64,000 bases of DNA from Candidatus Eiseniibacteriota bacterium (GTDB lineage: Bacteria > Eisenbacteria > RBG-16-71-46 > JABDJR01), in assembly GCA_963762255.1 (NCBI GenBank), contig CAVXKA010000002.1:643371-707370 (forward strand). Reading direction: 5' to 3'. Of the stretch, positions 24,424 to 34,607 are shown piece after piece. A program made the position numbers and the translations under genes. Below the pieces are notes generated by a model. The model was not told the origin of the DNA. It searched no databases and saw only the letters and a list, made by a program, of their open reading frames with translations. Numbering within the stretch: the first letter of the stretch is position 1; each line of letters starts with the position of its first letter.

Positions 24424-27400
24424 ATGCACAGGCTCCCTACTCTCCTCACAGGTCCCAGACGCCCTTTCACATGCCAGGCAGCAAGGGGCATGTTGGCTCT
24501 CTCCTTGGTTCTTTCCAGCCTGCTTTCAGCTCCGGCCGCTGCCGTCGAGACCAGGCTGCTCAGGCTGCACAGCGACCCGGGGGACTGGATCGGCAAGGGA
24601 GCGGATCTCCACTTCACTGGCGCTGACGGGGCGTTCTCGCTGACAGGTACTCCCAGTGCCATCGTCGTCATCGTCAATACCCTGGAGGCGCACTGGCGCC
24701 TGGAGTTCGGCGCGCCCGCCGGAACGACGCTCGCTCCCGGACTCTATGAGAAAGCCAGGCGATGGCCATTCAATGATGGGGCCCCCGGGATCTCGATCGA
24801 TGGCAATGAGGGGGGCTGCAACGAAATCCTCGGACGGTTCACGATCAAGGAGATTGAGTTCAGCGGCGCTCGGCCAACCAGGTTTTGGGCTGTGTTCGAG
24901 CAACATTGCGAGAACGGCACCGACGCTCTTTGGGGCGAGATTCGATTTGACGCAAGAGTCCTCGTGGACATAGACGTCCCGGTTCGCGCATTTGCTCCAA
25001 CGTTGAAATCGTTGACCATTCCCGTCTCAGCAGAAGCGCTCGAAGGCGGTGATGTCGCATTGAGCGCCACTGGCTTGCCCGGTGGCTCCACATTCACCGA
25101 TCATGGTGACGGATCAGGGACTTTTACTTGGACTCCGGATCGCAAGCAGGTTGGTCGCCACATTGTGACGTTCTCAGGGCGGTCGGGCCCTTACCAAGGC
25201 AGCGCAACGACCACGCTTCTGGCCACGGGCGACTACCTGCTCTCCATCAACAGCGACCCCGACCACGCAGTAGGACAGGGAGACACTCTCCTCTTCACCC
25301 CTGATGACGGCTGGTTCCTGGACAGGTACTCAACGAGCGCGTGGGTCCAAACAGAATTCCAGCTTCCGGATCACAGCAGCTGGAGATTCGGGTTCCATAC
25401 TGATGGCACCCCGATCACCCCCCGGTTCTACACCGACATCCGTGGAACAGACGAGGCCGGACCCGGTCTGATATTGGACGTGAGTGGCAACAGCATGGTG
25501 TGTGGAGGTGTCCGAGGGTGGCTCCAAATCAAGAAGCTGTCATTTGACTTGGACGGTCGCTTGGAGAGCCTCTGGGCAACACTGGAGCATCACTGCGCGC
25601 GTTATACCGATCCGGGGCCCGCTCTTTTCGCCGAAGTCCGGTTCAACTCCCCCACCGCGGTGGCCGTGAATCCCATCCCCACACAGACCGCGGTGATCGG
25701 ACACAGACTGGAATTCCCGGTCGTCGCTAGTGATGTCCAGGGACGGTCGGTCACGCTCGCAGTGGTTGACCCGCCTCCGGGATCGTCCCTGGTCCCCGCC
25801 GGAGCGGGAATGGGTAGCTTCCAATGGACGCCGGAGTTTGACCAGGCGGGAGATCATGTTGTCTTCTTCCAGGGCAGCAACCAGGCCGGTGACCGGGACT
25901 CTTCGGGCGCACTGATTCACGTCCGCGGCGAGACCTCGCTAACCCTGAGAGAGGAAGGGGAGGACGGAATCGAGGTCTACAGGCGCCTTCCCGCGGACGG
26001 GGAGTTCGAGGTGTTGGCCAGCAATCGGGCTCGCCTACGGGTGACCTACAAGACACCCAACTACTCGGAGCATTTCTTGGTGGAACTGACCACGCCATCC
26101 GGCGTGGAAGCCTTTACTCCGGGATTCTACGAAACCGGACCTGGATTGGCTGGGCTCAGCATGATGGGAAGGCTCAATGATCAGTCGGTGCTCTGCGAGG
26201 ACTCGGGTGGAATGTCACCACAGGGCGCTTTTGAGATAAGGAGGCTGATCTGGGGTGGCGACAATCAGCCGGAACAACTTTATGTGGCGTTTTCTGCCCC
26301 CTGCAAGGAAGGGAAGTCAGTAGTCCGGGGAGAACTGCGAATCGACGCGCGGGTCCTCACGGATCTCCAAACCCCGGTCTGGAGTCGCGCCGAGGCAGGG
26401 AAACCCGTCTCCATTGAGGTGAAGGGGATAGACGCGAGAGGCCGCAGCTTGGCGCTCTCAGGCGTTCACCTACCGGAAGGAGCATGGTTCGATGACCGCG
26501 GGGACAATTCGGGGGTCGTTACGTGGGTGCCGGACCCCAGTCACATCGGGGGCAGTCAGCTTGTCTTCGGGGCACGCGCTGGAAGCGAGGATGTGACAAC
26601 GAGTTCAAGCTGGGTCGAGGTTACCGGGGAGACTTGGCTCAACGTGCACAGCGAAGCCGGCGATCCCGTTGGTGAGGGCCTGGATCGCCGTATTGAGCCC
26701 CCCTCGGCGGAGTTCGACTCCTACATTCTTGCTGACAACTCGGTCCATGTTCGGGCTTTCGAAGGTGGACGCCGGTGGACTCTGCACTTCGCTGCGGGCT
26801 TTGATTCCATTCTGACGGCAGGGGAATACGAGAACGTCACACGCTGGACGGCTACCGGACCTCATGAGACTCCAGGAATCCTCATCGAGCGGACCGGGGA
26901 GACGTGTGGCGCCATCACGGGACGTTTCACCGTTCACTCCATCAGCTATGGGTTGAATCGCACGTTGAAATCGCTGCACGCATCGTTCAGACAAACCTGT
27001 GAGGGCGCTCCCGGGGCCTTGGCCGGCGAGCTGCTGGTCAACTCATCGCCGGAGCTGATCCCGGTCCGAGTACTGAACTTCAATGCCTGCCCTGTGCATG
27101 GACAGGTCCGTCTGCAGTGGGTGACTGGCGAAGAGACAAGCGCTGTGGGATTTGATATCTGGCGGCATGTGGAGGCAGGCGACTGGGAGCAGTTGAATGT
27201 CAGTCCGATTACCGGCGGCCCCACATATGACTATCTGGATCCCCATCCTCCGGTTGGGCAACCCATCTTCTACTTCATCGACTCCATCGACCTGTCGGGG
27301 CACCGGGAGCGACACGGGCCCGTGAACGCGTACGTTGAGTCAGCAAGGAACCCTGCTCTCGCGGTCGCCAACAATCCCACTCGGTCACCCACGCGAATCC

Positions 27401-27621
27401 GGATGGCGTTGCCGCTCCCCGGTCGTCTGCAATTGTCGGTCTTCGACGTGGCCGGCCGCCGGGTTCGGCTTCTCATGGATGAGCAAGTTCCGGCAGGGTG
27501 GCACGAGATCGAATGGGACTTGCGCAACGACCGCGGACAGACTGTGCCTGCCGGAGTCTATTCCCTCCGCCTCGCGACTCCCCTGGGCCTCCGGAAGGAA
27601 AGACTGGTCGTTCTACGGTGA
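24424..27621 (+). CDS. Large secreted repeat protein (four roughly 230-aa internal modules, He_PIG-like Ig segments) with C-terminal T9SS/FlgD-Ig-like sorting domain
   Basis: Strong RBS GGAGGTGAGAC-ATG. Signal peptide present. Repeated module motifs (C..G.F.I..L.F....L.A.FEQHC...G.IRFDARVL; FTWTPD/FQWTPE/VTWVPDP). C-terminal approximately 80 aa (LQLSVFDVAGRRVRLL...GVYSLRL...LVVLR) is shared with two other proteins in the window. Confidence 0.7.
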   Translation: MHRLPTLLTGPRRPFTCQAARGMLALSLVLSSLLSAPAAAVETRLLRLHSDPGDWIGKGADLHFTGADGAFSLTGTPSAIVVIVNTLEAHWRLEFGAPAGTTLAPGLYEKARRWPFNDGAPGISIDGNEGGCNEILGRFTIKEIEFSGARPTRFWAVFEQHCENGTDALWGEIRFDARVLVDIDVPVRAFAPTLKSLTIPVSAEALEGGDVALSATGLPGGSTFTDHGDGSGTFTWTPDRKQVGRHIVTFSGRSGPYQGSATTTLLATGDYLLSINSDPDHAVGQGDTLLFTPDDGWFLDRYSTSAWVQTEFQLPDHSSWRFGFHTDGTPITPRFYTDIRGTDEAGPGLILDVSGNSMVCGGVRGWLQIKKLSFDLDGRLESLWATLEHHCARYTDPGPALFAEVRFNSPTAVAVNPIPTQTAVIGHRLEFPVVASDVQGRSVTLAVVDPPPGSSLVPAGAGMGSFQWTPEFDQAGDHVVFFQGSNQAGDRDSSGALIHVRGETSLTLREEGEDGIEVYRRLPADGEFEVLASNRARLRVTYKTPNYSEHFLVELTTPSGVEAFTPGFYETGPGLAGLSMMGRLNDQSVLCEDSGGMSPQGAFEIRRLIWGGDNQPEQLYVAFSAPCKEGKSVVRGELRIDARVLTDLQTPVWSRAEAGKPVSIEVKGIDARGRSLALSGVHLPEGAWFDDRGDNSGVVTWVPDPSHIGGSQLVFGARAGSEDVTTSSSWVEVTGETWLNVHSEAGDPVGEGLDRRIEPPSAEFDSYILADNSVHVRAFEGGRRWTLHFAAGFDSILTAGEYENVTRWTATGPHETPGILIERTGETCGAITGRFTVHSISYGLNRTLKSLHASFRQTCEGAPGALAGELLVNSSPELIPVRVLNFNACPVHGQVRLQWVTGEETSAVGFDIWRHVEAGDWEQLNVSPITGGPTYDYLDPHPPVGQPIFYFIDSIDLSGHRERHGPVNAYVESARNPALAVANNPTRSPTRIRMALPLPGRLQLSVFDVAGRRVRLLMDEQVPAGWHEIEWDLRNDRGQTVPAGVYSLRLATPLGLRKERLVVLR

Positions 27622-27768
27622 GGCGGTCCGCCCCGCTGCGGCGATTCTGCGGCGCCGGCTCACCCGTCTGGCGCTTCGAGTCTGGTGCCGGGGGCCGGAG
27701 CCGAGTTCCCGAAGGGAACGAGACCCCGGCCGCCTTGGAATCGTAGTGCTGCGCATGCAGCACGCAGC

Positions 27769-27857
27769 TGGTGCCGGGGGCCGGAATCGAACCGGCACGG
27801 ACGTTGCCGCCCTGCGGATTTTAAGTCCGCTGCGTCTCCCAGTTTCGCCACCCCGGC
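27769..27857 (-). tRNA. tRNA-Leu (anticodon TAA), type II with long variable arm, CCA encoded
   Basis: Reverse complement reads GCCGGGGTGGCGAAACTGGGAGACGCAGCGGACTTAAAATCCGCAGGGCGGCAACGTCCGTGCCGGTTCGATTCCGGCCCCCGGCACCA. It has a 7-bp acceptor stem (GCCGGGG/CCCCGGC), anticodon loop CUUAAAA, T-arm GGTTCGATTCC, and a long variable arm. Confidence 0.9.
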
Positions 27858-27900
27858 ATCGGGACGAGCACGTTAGGGTAGCGGCTTTCCGGTCCGGCTG

Positions 27901-30900
27901 TCACCGGATGAGAAGCACCTTCCCCGCCAGCGTCCGGTCTCCCGCGGATAAGCGGAGAAAGTAGATCCCGGTCGCCATCGGCACCCCCATGTCGCTCCTA
28001 CCATCCCACGCCACTTGATGACGGCCCGCCGGATGGGCGTCCGCGCTCACCAGCGTCCGCGCGAGCCGTCCGGTCACGTCGTAAACGGCGAGCCGGACCG
28101 GGAGCACCTGCGGCAGGTCGAAGCGGATCACCGGGCTCGAACCTGCGGGTGCGGTTGGATGAAGCGCGAGCGCGCTCGGTAGGTCTTCCCGGCCGTCCTC
28201 CCCCGGCACCCCGGTGACTTCCTCATGAATCGTATGGAGCTGGTTTACCTGCACCGGTGAGAGGAACTGCATCGTGCCGTCCGGCCAGCGAATCTGAAGG
28301 AGATCCACCTGAGCCGCGCTGCCGAGACCGAAGTGGGTGATATAGGAGCAGTTTCCCGACTCCCCCACCACCTCCCGCATCTGGGTCTTTCCTCCCGCGG
28401 TGACCCATATCCGGGCGCCCACTCCGAAGCGGTTGAAGTGGACACCGTCGAGTCGGATCTTGATCCAGTTGTTCCCACCACAACCGGGATCCGCATGAAG
28501 GTTGTAGAGGTACCGATTCTCCGTGCTTCCTCCGAACCCTGAGATCACGAACTCGATGTCCCCGTCAGGATCGATATCGCCGGCCGTCACGCCCCAGTGA
28601 GAGCCGCTCCCCGCGGCGGTGGAACCGAGTGCGTTCTCGAACACACCGCCGCCACGGTTGCGAAGCAGGCGATTGGGACCCGCTCCATAATCGGGCAGGA
28701 AGATGTCGATGTCGCCGTCGTTGTCGTAGTCCGCGCAGGCCATCCCCATGCTCTGGGTCGAATCGGCGAAGGCCAGCGGTGTCGCGTCGGTGAAGTTCCC
28801 TCCACCGTCGTTGCGCAGGAGATAATCGTCCCCCTCGGCGACGATCAGAAGGTCCAGGTCCAGATCGTTGTCGTAGTCGATCCATGTCGCCGCCGCGTAG
28901 CCGTCATAGGTGGTGCCGAGCGGGCCGGTCGTCACGTCCACGAAGGTGCCCGCGTCGTTGCGCAAGAGTTGGCTGACGGACCCTCCCCCCGGCGATTTGG
29001 CCACGTAGAGATCGGGGTCACCATCGTCGTCGAAGTCCCCCCATGCCCCAGCCCGCCCTTCTCCAAACTGTAGGGCGGCAGGGGTCCTGTCGGTGAAGTA
29101 CCCGTCGCGCGAGTTGTGGAAGAGCTTGTCGCCGCCCCCGTTCGCAAGGAAGAGATCCAGGAATCCGTCCCGGTCGTAGTCGGCCCACGAGGCCCTCTGG
29201 CCGCTCACAGGGTCGTTCAGCGGCGGGAGCGTCGCATCGACGAAGGTTCCGTTGTCGTTCCGATAGAGCGCGTTGGTCCCGATGTTGACGACCGCGTAGA
29301 TGTCGAGATCCCCGTCGTTGTCGTAGTCCCCCCAGACCGCATCGAGATCGTACCCGGGGTGGTCGAACGGCGACGGCACCACCTCCACGAGCGTGACCCC
29401 ATTGTTGTGGAAGAGCTTGTCGGGACCGCCCGGGACCACGGCGTACAGGTCGAGGTTGCCGTCCCCGTCGTAATCCGCGATCGCGACGCCGGTGGCGCTG
29501 AACGGACCCGCCAGCGCCGGCGGGGTTTGATTAACGAACTGCTCGAACACCGCGAGTTGGTAGCTTCCGCTCTGCCCGTCGTCGTTGGCGGCGACAAGAC
29601 CGTGATAGGCGCTCGCCGTGGGAATGAAGTGGGTGCATCCCCCATCGGAGTCGACGAGCGCGTCGAGGCGCGATTGCCAGAGACCGGCATCCGGACTCAG
29701 AACGACCGCCTTCACGTCCGCGCCGTACCGCTGCAAGTGGACCTGATAGTCGACGTTGGCCTTCGGGAGGAAATCCCAGATCTCGAGCACGTCGTCCGAG
29801 CTGGTGCTGCGCGACACCCACGAGGCGAGGGGCAGTACATTCCCCCCGTCATCCCATTCCGTCCTGGCGTCCCCCGGTCCGGACTCCCTGGAAACCGCGG
29901 CGTAGTACGTGCCCAACGGGCCATACCCCCGATTGAAGTTCCCGGCCGCGAAATCCACGAATCCGGCCGGATGAGAAGTCTGCGCCAGAAGCTCACCGAA
30001 ACAGACCGGCCACCAGGATCCAGTCGGGGTCCCGTAGCTCGCAACGTTCCAGTTCGTCTCGGGCCCGTCGGCGCGGACCCCCACCGCAGACCAGTATTCC
30101 TCGGTCTGCTGCATGCTGTAGTGCGCGTTCACAGCCGGCGTCACGACGCTCGTCCCGCTCACGAGAGGTGTCGCGGAGGGACAGGCGCCTACTTCCACCG
30201 TGTACGTCCCGGACTCCCCATTGTCATTGACCACAACCAGGCCGTACCAGTCCGAGACGCCTGGCATATAACTCACGCCGAAGTTGGACGTCGCATAGCA
30301 CACCGCGCTCGCTCTGGCCGCGTAGTACTCACCCGAGCCCGGACTCTTGAAGACGAGGATCTGCAGTTGGGCGGCCCCGATCGACTTCAGCAGGACGTGG
30401 TAGTCCTTACTTGCTTCCAGGTACACGTCCCAGATCTCGAGGATGTCCTCGGGTCCGGTCGTCCGCTCCAGAGGTGGGGCGTTCACCGTGATCGTTTCCG
30501 CGCCCGAGTCCCACTCGATGAGTCCGTTCTCCGTGCCGTAGTAGTGGGAGTAGGCGACGATGTCCTCACCGAGCGCATTGTGATTGAAGTCGCCAACTAC
30601 GAAATCCACGCCTGAGGATCGATTGGAATAGGTCAGTAAGGTCTCGACACAGGGGGGAGGGAGCGCCCCCTCATCCGCGTAGAGCTGGATATCCCAGTCC
30701 TCCCCCGGCGCCGATCGAATGCCCACCGCCGACCAGAAGCCGACCGACTGCTGATAGGAATGGTAGTACTCGTCCGGGGGGCTCGACGGATACGCGGTGG
30801 CGCTCACTCCGGAAGCGAGAGGCGTGAACCAGCAGTTGATGAGGTCGAGCGGGCCCGCCGAAGAAGTGGTGGCGGTCCGAGTCCCCGCGTCGGCTGGCTT

Positions 30901-30978
30901 GGACGCCTCCGGAGAAGAGACGGTGAGGCTGGCGAGGGCAAGACCTATCAATCCGACGCCGATCAGGCAAGAGCGCAT
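27901..30978 (-). CDS. Secreted CRTAC1/ASPIC-UnbV family protein with FG-GAP/VCBS repeats, two N-terminal duplicated domains and C-terminal T9SS/FlgD-Ig-like sorting domain
   Basis: Signal peptide (MRSCLIGVGLIGLALASL). Multiple DYDxDGxxD(L/I) FG-GAP motifs. An UnbV_ASPIC-like segment (GGNNWIKIRLDG...GARIWVTAGG). C-terminal sorting-type domain ending KVLLIR. Confidence 0.8.
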   Translation of the reverse strand: MRSCLIGVGLIGLALASLTVSSPEASKPADAGTRTATTSSAGPLDLINCWFTPLASGVSATAYPSSPPDEYYHSYQQSVGFWSAVGIRSAPGEDWDIQLYADEGALPPPCVETLLTYSNRSSGVDFVVGDFNHNALGEDIVAYSHYYGTENGLIEWDSGAETITVNAPPLERTTGPEDILEIWDVYLEASKDYHVLLKSIGAAQLQILVFKSPGSGEYYAARASAVCYATSNFGVSYMPGVSDWYGLVVVNDNGESGTYTVEVGACPSATPLVSGTSVVTPAVNAHYSMQQTEEYWSAVGVRADGPETNWNVASYGTPTGSWWPVCFGELLAQTSHPAGFVDFAAGNFNRGYGPLGTYYAAVSRESGPGDARTEWDDGGNVLPLASWVSRSTSSDDVLEIWDFLPKANVDYQVHLQRYGADVKAVVLSPDAGLWQSRLDALVDSDGGCTHFIPTASAYHGLVAANDDGQSGSYQLAVFEQFVNQTPPALAGPFSATGVAIADYDGDGNLDLYAVVPGGPDKLFHNNGVTLVEVVPSPFDHPGYDLDAVWGDYDNDGDLDIYAVVNIGTNALYRNDNGTFVDATLPPLNDPVSGQRASWADYDRDGFLDLFLANGGGDKLFHNSRDGYFTDRTPAALQFGEGRAGAWGDFDDDGDPDLYVAKSPGGGSVSQLLRNDAGTFVDVTTGPLGTTYDGYAAATWIDYDNDLDLDLLIVAEGDDYLLRNDGGGNFTDATPLAFADSTQSMGMACADYDNDGDIDIFLPDYGAGPNRLLRNRGGGVFENALGSTAAGSGSHWGVTAGDIDPDGDIEFVISGFGGSTENRYLYNLHADPGCGGNNWIKIRLDGVHFNRFGVGARIWVTAGGKTQMREVVGESGNCSYITHFGLGSAAQVDLLQIRWPDGTMQFLSPVQVNQLHTIHEEVTGVPGEDGREDLPSALALHPTAPAGSSPVIRFDLPQVLPVRLAVYDVTGRLARTLVSADAHPAGRHQVAWDGRSDMGVPMATGIYFLRLSAGDRTLAGKVLLIR

Positions 30979-31093
30979 GTTCACCTCCGAGGACGTGACA
31001 ACGCCGGTACTCGATAATGATGACAATTCTTATTCTATTTGCTGGTCGAATTATTGTAGCAGAATCCAGGAAGCCGCGTCGGATCAGGCGAAG

Positions 31094-31879
31094 CTAGGCC
31101 CCGCCCTCGGTCCGCCACGCTTCCGGCAGCAGCGCCGCCGCCGAGCGATCGAGCAGCCAGAGCGTGGACTTGAGCGACACCATGCGCGCGGGATGGTGCG
31201 GCGAGGCCTCGGGGGCCTGGAGCGCATCCCGCACTGCCTCGGCCTTGTCGGCGCCGGAAACCAGAAACATCGTGCACCGCGTGGAGCACAGCGCGGCGGG
31301 AGTCAAGGACACGCGCGGCTGACCGCTCGGGTGCGCGGTGGCCACCGCAAGCCGGACACCGAAGTCGGGCCACTCGTCCGCGGGGAAGAGCGAGGCGACG
31401 TGCCCGTCGCTGCCCAAGCCCAACACGACGAGATCGAAGAGCGGCACGCGCTGCGCCCACACGAGAAGCATCTTGTGCGTCTTCTCCGCCGCTTTCTCGG
31501 GGGAATACTCGCCGGGGATGCGGATCAGGCGGTCGGTGGGCACGCCGAGCGGCGCGAACAGCGCCTCGTTGGCCATACGAAAATTGGATTCCTCGTCGGT
31601 CACCGGAACACAGCGTTCATCGGTAAGCACGAAGCGCACGCGCCGCCACGGCACGCGACTGCGCAGCGTGGGCGCCGAGAGGCGTTCATATACGGGGAAC
31701 GGCGTGCGTCCACCTGCCAGGGCCACACGGGGACCGCTCGGCGACTCCCCCAACCGCGCGGTGAAGTAATCGGCCGCGGCGTCCATGAGCCCCGTCTTGT
31801 CGTCGTAGATTCTCAGGCGATGCCCCTCGGGCAGCGTGTCGCTCACCGCATCATCCCCCGCTCCGAGCCGTGCCGTCAT
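31094..31879 (-). CDS. pgl: 6-phosphogluconolactonase
   Basis: 261 aa, glucosamine-6-P isomerase/6PGL fold motifs (LAGGRTP, GLGSDGHVASLFP). ATG start overlaps the opcA stop (ATGA). Confidence 0.85.
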   Translation of the reverse strand: MTARLGAGDDAVSDTLPEGHRLRIYDDKTGLMDAAADYFTARLGESPSGPRVALAGGRTPFPVYERLSAPTLRSRVPWRRVRFVLTDERCVPVTDEESNFRMANEALFAPLGVPTDRLIRIPGEYSPEKAAEKTHKMLLVWAQRVPLFDLVVLGLGSDGHVASLFPADEWPDFGVRLAVATAHPSGQPRVSLTPAALCSTRCTMFLVSGADKAEAVRDALQAPEASPHHPARMVSLKSTLWLLDRSAAALLPEAWRTEGGA

Positions 31880-33022
31880 CACGGCCTTTCCAGTGCGCCC
31901 AGGCGCCGGGCCAGATCCATGGCCTCGCGTGCCGCGCGCGACATCTCGCGCCGGCGTATCTCCTCCACCACCGCGCTTGCCCGGCTCGTCTTGGTCTGGT
32001 TGAGCCGGGCGGCCGGTGCACCTCCCTCCTCGATGAGGATGGCTCCCTCGGCAGGGAGGCGCCTCCAGCATACAGAAACCGAAGGCTCCGCGAAGTCCAT
32101 CGTGACGGCAAGGAGCGTGGACCCCCCTGCCGGGACGGACGCCGCGACAATGCGGACGGCGATCGGGCCGGCCAGACCGACGAACGAAGCGCCTGTTTCG
32201 GCGGCGCGCGCCCTGTCGAGGACGCGCCAGCCAAGACGCGAGGCAAGCCAACCGAGGAAGAGCCATGCCTTGAGCCGGCCTCCCGAGCCCTCGGCGACTG
32301 TCACGCTCACCGCGCGGATTGCGTCCAGATTCTGCGCGCGCACCCCGTCGAAGCGGGAAGCCACCGCGCGCCGCCAATCGCCGAGTTCCGTCCAGAGAAG
32401 ATCCCGGCAGGGCGGCGTCACGGTGTCCGGCGCCAGGCAGCGATCCCACAGCGCGAGCCCCTCGGCGATCCCGAGGTGGGACGCGTTGCCCAATAGAAGG
32501 TCGAGGTCGGACGAGAGCTCGCGCACCCATCCCAGTGCCAGCGGCGACGTGCGTTCCGAGAGCGCGACCAACGGCACCCCGCCCACCGCGAGCGCACGCA
32601 CTCCAGCCGCGATCACGCGATCCGCTCCGGTCGGCGCTTCCAGGTGAACGCTTTCGCAGCACACGAGCGACGCGCCGCTGGCGTAGCGCGAGCAGGTCGC
32701 GCTCACCCACGCCTGCGACCGTGTGTGCGCTGCGTCTGTCTCGACAAGCGATCACCCGCGAGGGATGTAGGCGCGCGATGTCGTCGACGAGATCCTGCAT
32801 CCCGTCGTCTCCTGCGGCGGGTGCGACCAGCGTTGCCCGGCAGGCGCGCGCCACCGAGCGCCCCGTCTCACCCTCGCCGACCGCCGCTTCCGACTCCCAG
32901 AGCGCGGCGAGATCGCGCTCCACCGCGGCCGCGTCGAATCCGACCGGCGCGCTGCGGCCTAGCTGGACGACGTCTTCGTGTCCGGCCCGTGGCGCCGACG
33001 GCGCAGCGTCCGGCGCGTTCAT
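31879..33022 (-). CDS. opcA: Glucose-6-phosphate dehydrogenase assembly protein OpcA, apparently frameshifted near 32640-32710
   Basis: Position between zwf and pgl with ATGA overlaps at both ends. The N-terminal part (MNAPDAAPS...) is in the pgl frame, while the C-terminal 275 aa (31879..32706) is in another frame. It is assigned as OpcA by synteny (zwf-opcA-pgl is the standard arrangement); the OpcA family was not verified at motif level. Confidence 0.5.
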
Positions 33023-34530
33023 CAGAGCCGCAACCACCGGCGGCCATCCGCTTCGAGCAGACGGTCCGCCTCGGCGGGACCCCACGTCCCCGCCTCGTAG
33101 AACGCGGGTTCCGGAGCGTTGCGTTCAGCGCCCCACGCTTCCGCGATCGGATCGACGAGGGACCACGCGAGCTCGACTTCGTCGCGGCGCGCGAACAGCG
33201 TCGAGTCGCCGGTGATCGCGTCCAGAAGAAGGCGCTCGTACGCCTCGGGGGGTTCCTTGCCGAACGAAGTGGAGTAGTTGAAGTCCATCCGCACTTCGTC
33301 GATGCGCATCGCTTGCGCCGGAGCCTTCGACTCGAAGGAGAGCGAGATCCCCTCGTCGGGCTGGATGCGCAGGCGCAGCACGTTGGACCTCGGCCGCTCG
33401 GCGCCGCTCCCACGAAAGAGTTCGTAGGGCGGCTTCTTGAAGACGATGCCGATCTCTGTGGCGCGCTTGGGGAGCCGCTTGCCGGAACGCAGGTAGAACG
33501 GCGTTCCCGCCCACCGCCAGTTCGCCGCTTCGAGCTTGAGCGCGAGGTAGGTGTCCGTCCGCGAGCCGGTCGCCACGCCCGGTTCCTCGCGATAGCCGGG
33601 CACGCTCTCGCCGCCGGCGAGCCCCGCTCCGTACTGCCCGCGCACCACGCGGCGCGCGATCTCGTCCGGCGCGAAGGGCACGATGGAACGGAGCACCTTG
33701 GCCTTCTCGTCGCGCACCGACTTGGCGTCGAAGCGGACCGGCGGCTCCATGCAGACGAGCATCATGAGCTGGAGCAGGTGGTTCTGCAGCATGTCGCGCA
33801 GCACGCCCGCCTCCTCGTAGTAGCCCGCGCGCCCCTCCAATCCCACCGACTCGGCCACCGCGATCTGAACGTGATCGACGTAGCGACTGTTCCATAGCGG
33901 TTCGAAGATGCCGTTGTCGAGGCGGAACACCAGGATGTTCTGCACCGTCTCCTTGCCCAGGTAATGATCAATACGAAACACCTGATCCTCATCGAACACG
34001 CCGAGCAACGTGTCGTTGAGGGCGCGCGCAGAAGCGAGATCCCGCCCAAACGGCTTCTCGACGACGATGCGCGACGCGCCCGCCTGGCCGGGGGCCCGCA
34101 CGAGCCCGGCCCGGCCCAGATTCTGGATGATCGTGGGATACGCGCTGGGCGGAGTGGCGAGATAGAAGAGATGCACGCCGGGATGGCCGCGCTCGGCGTC
34201 GATCGCGCGCAGCCGCTCTCCCAGCTTGCGGTAGGTCGCCTCGTCCTGGAACTCGCCGCAGACGTAGCTCAGGTCCCCGCAGAGCTGCGTCCACACTGCG
34301 TTGTCCACCGGACGACGGCGCGAGAAGCGGTCCACTCCCTCTCGCATTTCGGTGTGGAACTTCTCATCGGTCCAGTCACGCCGCGCCACGCCCACCACGC
34401 TGGTGTCTGGATGGAGAAGGCCCTCCCAAGCCAGGTTGTAAATCGCGGGGAGGAGCTTGCGGTGGGTGAGATCGCCGGTGGCGCCGAACATGACGAGCGT
34501 GCACGGGACCGGCTCGCGCTGCGACTCCAT
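33022..34530 (-). CDS. zwf: Glucose-6-phosphate dehydrogenase
   Basis: 502 aa with the NAD(P) site VMFGATGDLTHRKLLPAIY and the catalytic motif RIDHYLGKE. The upstream 111-codon Arg/Ala-rich extension of the ORF was rejected. Confidence 0.9.
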   Translation of the reverse strand: MESQREPVPCTLVMFGATGDLTHRKLLPAIYNLAWEGLLHPDTSVVGVARRDWTDEKFHTEMREGVDRFSRRRPVDNAVWTQLCGDLSYVCGEFQDEATYRKLGERLRAIDAERGHPGVHLFYLATPPSAYPTIIQNLGRAGLVRAPGQAGASRIVVEKPFGRDLASARALNDTLLGVFDEDQVFRIDHYLGKETVQNILVFRLDNGIFEPLWNSRYVDHVQIAVAESVGLEGRAGYYEEAGVLRDMLQNHLLQLMMLVCMEPPVRFDAKSVRDEKAKVLRSIVPFAPDEIARRVVRGQYGAGLAGGESVPGYREEPGVATGSRTDTYLALKLEAANWRWAGTPFYLRSGKRLPKRATEIGIVFKKPPYELFRGSGAERPRSNVLRLRIQPDEGISLSFESKAPAQAMRIDEVRMDFNYSTSFGKEPPEAYERLLLDAITGDSTLFARRDEVELAWSLVDPIAEAWGAERNAPEPAFYEAGTWGPAEADRLLEADGRRWLRL

Positions 34531-34607
34531 CCCCACGCGAAGCGGGTTCGCACTCGCTGCGGCGGACGGCGGAGCGGCGGGATCCCCGGCGCCTCGGTCG
34601 GCCCCGC

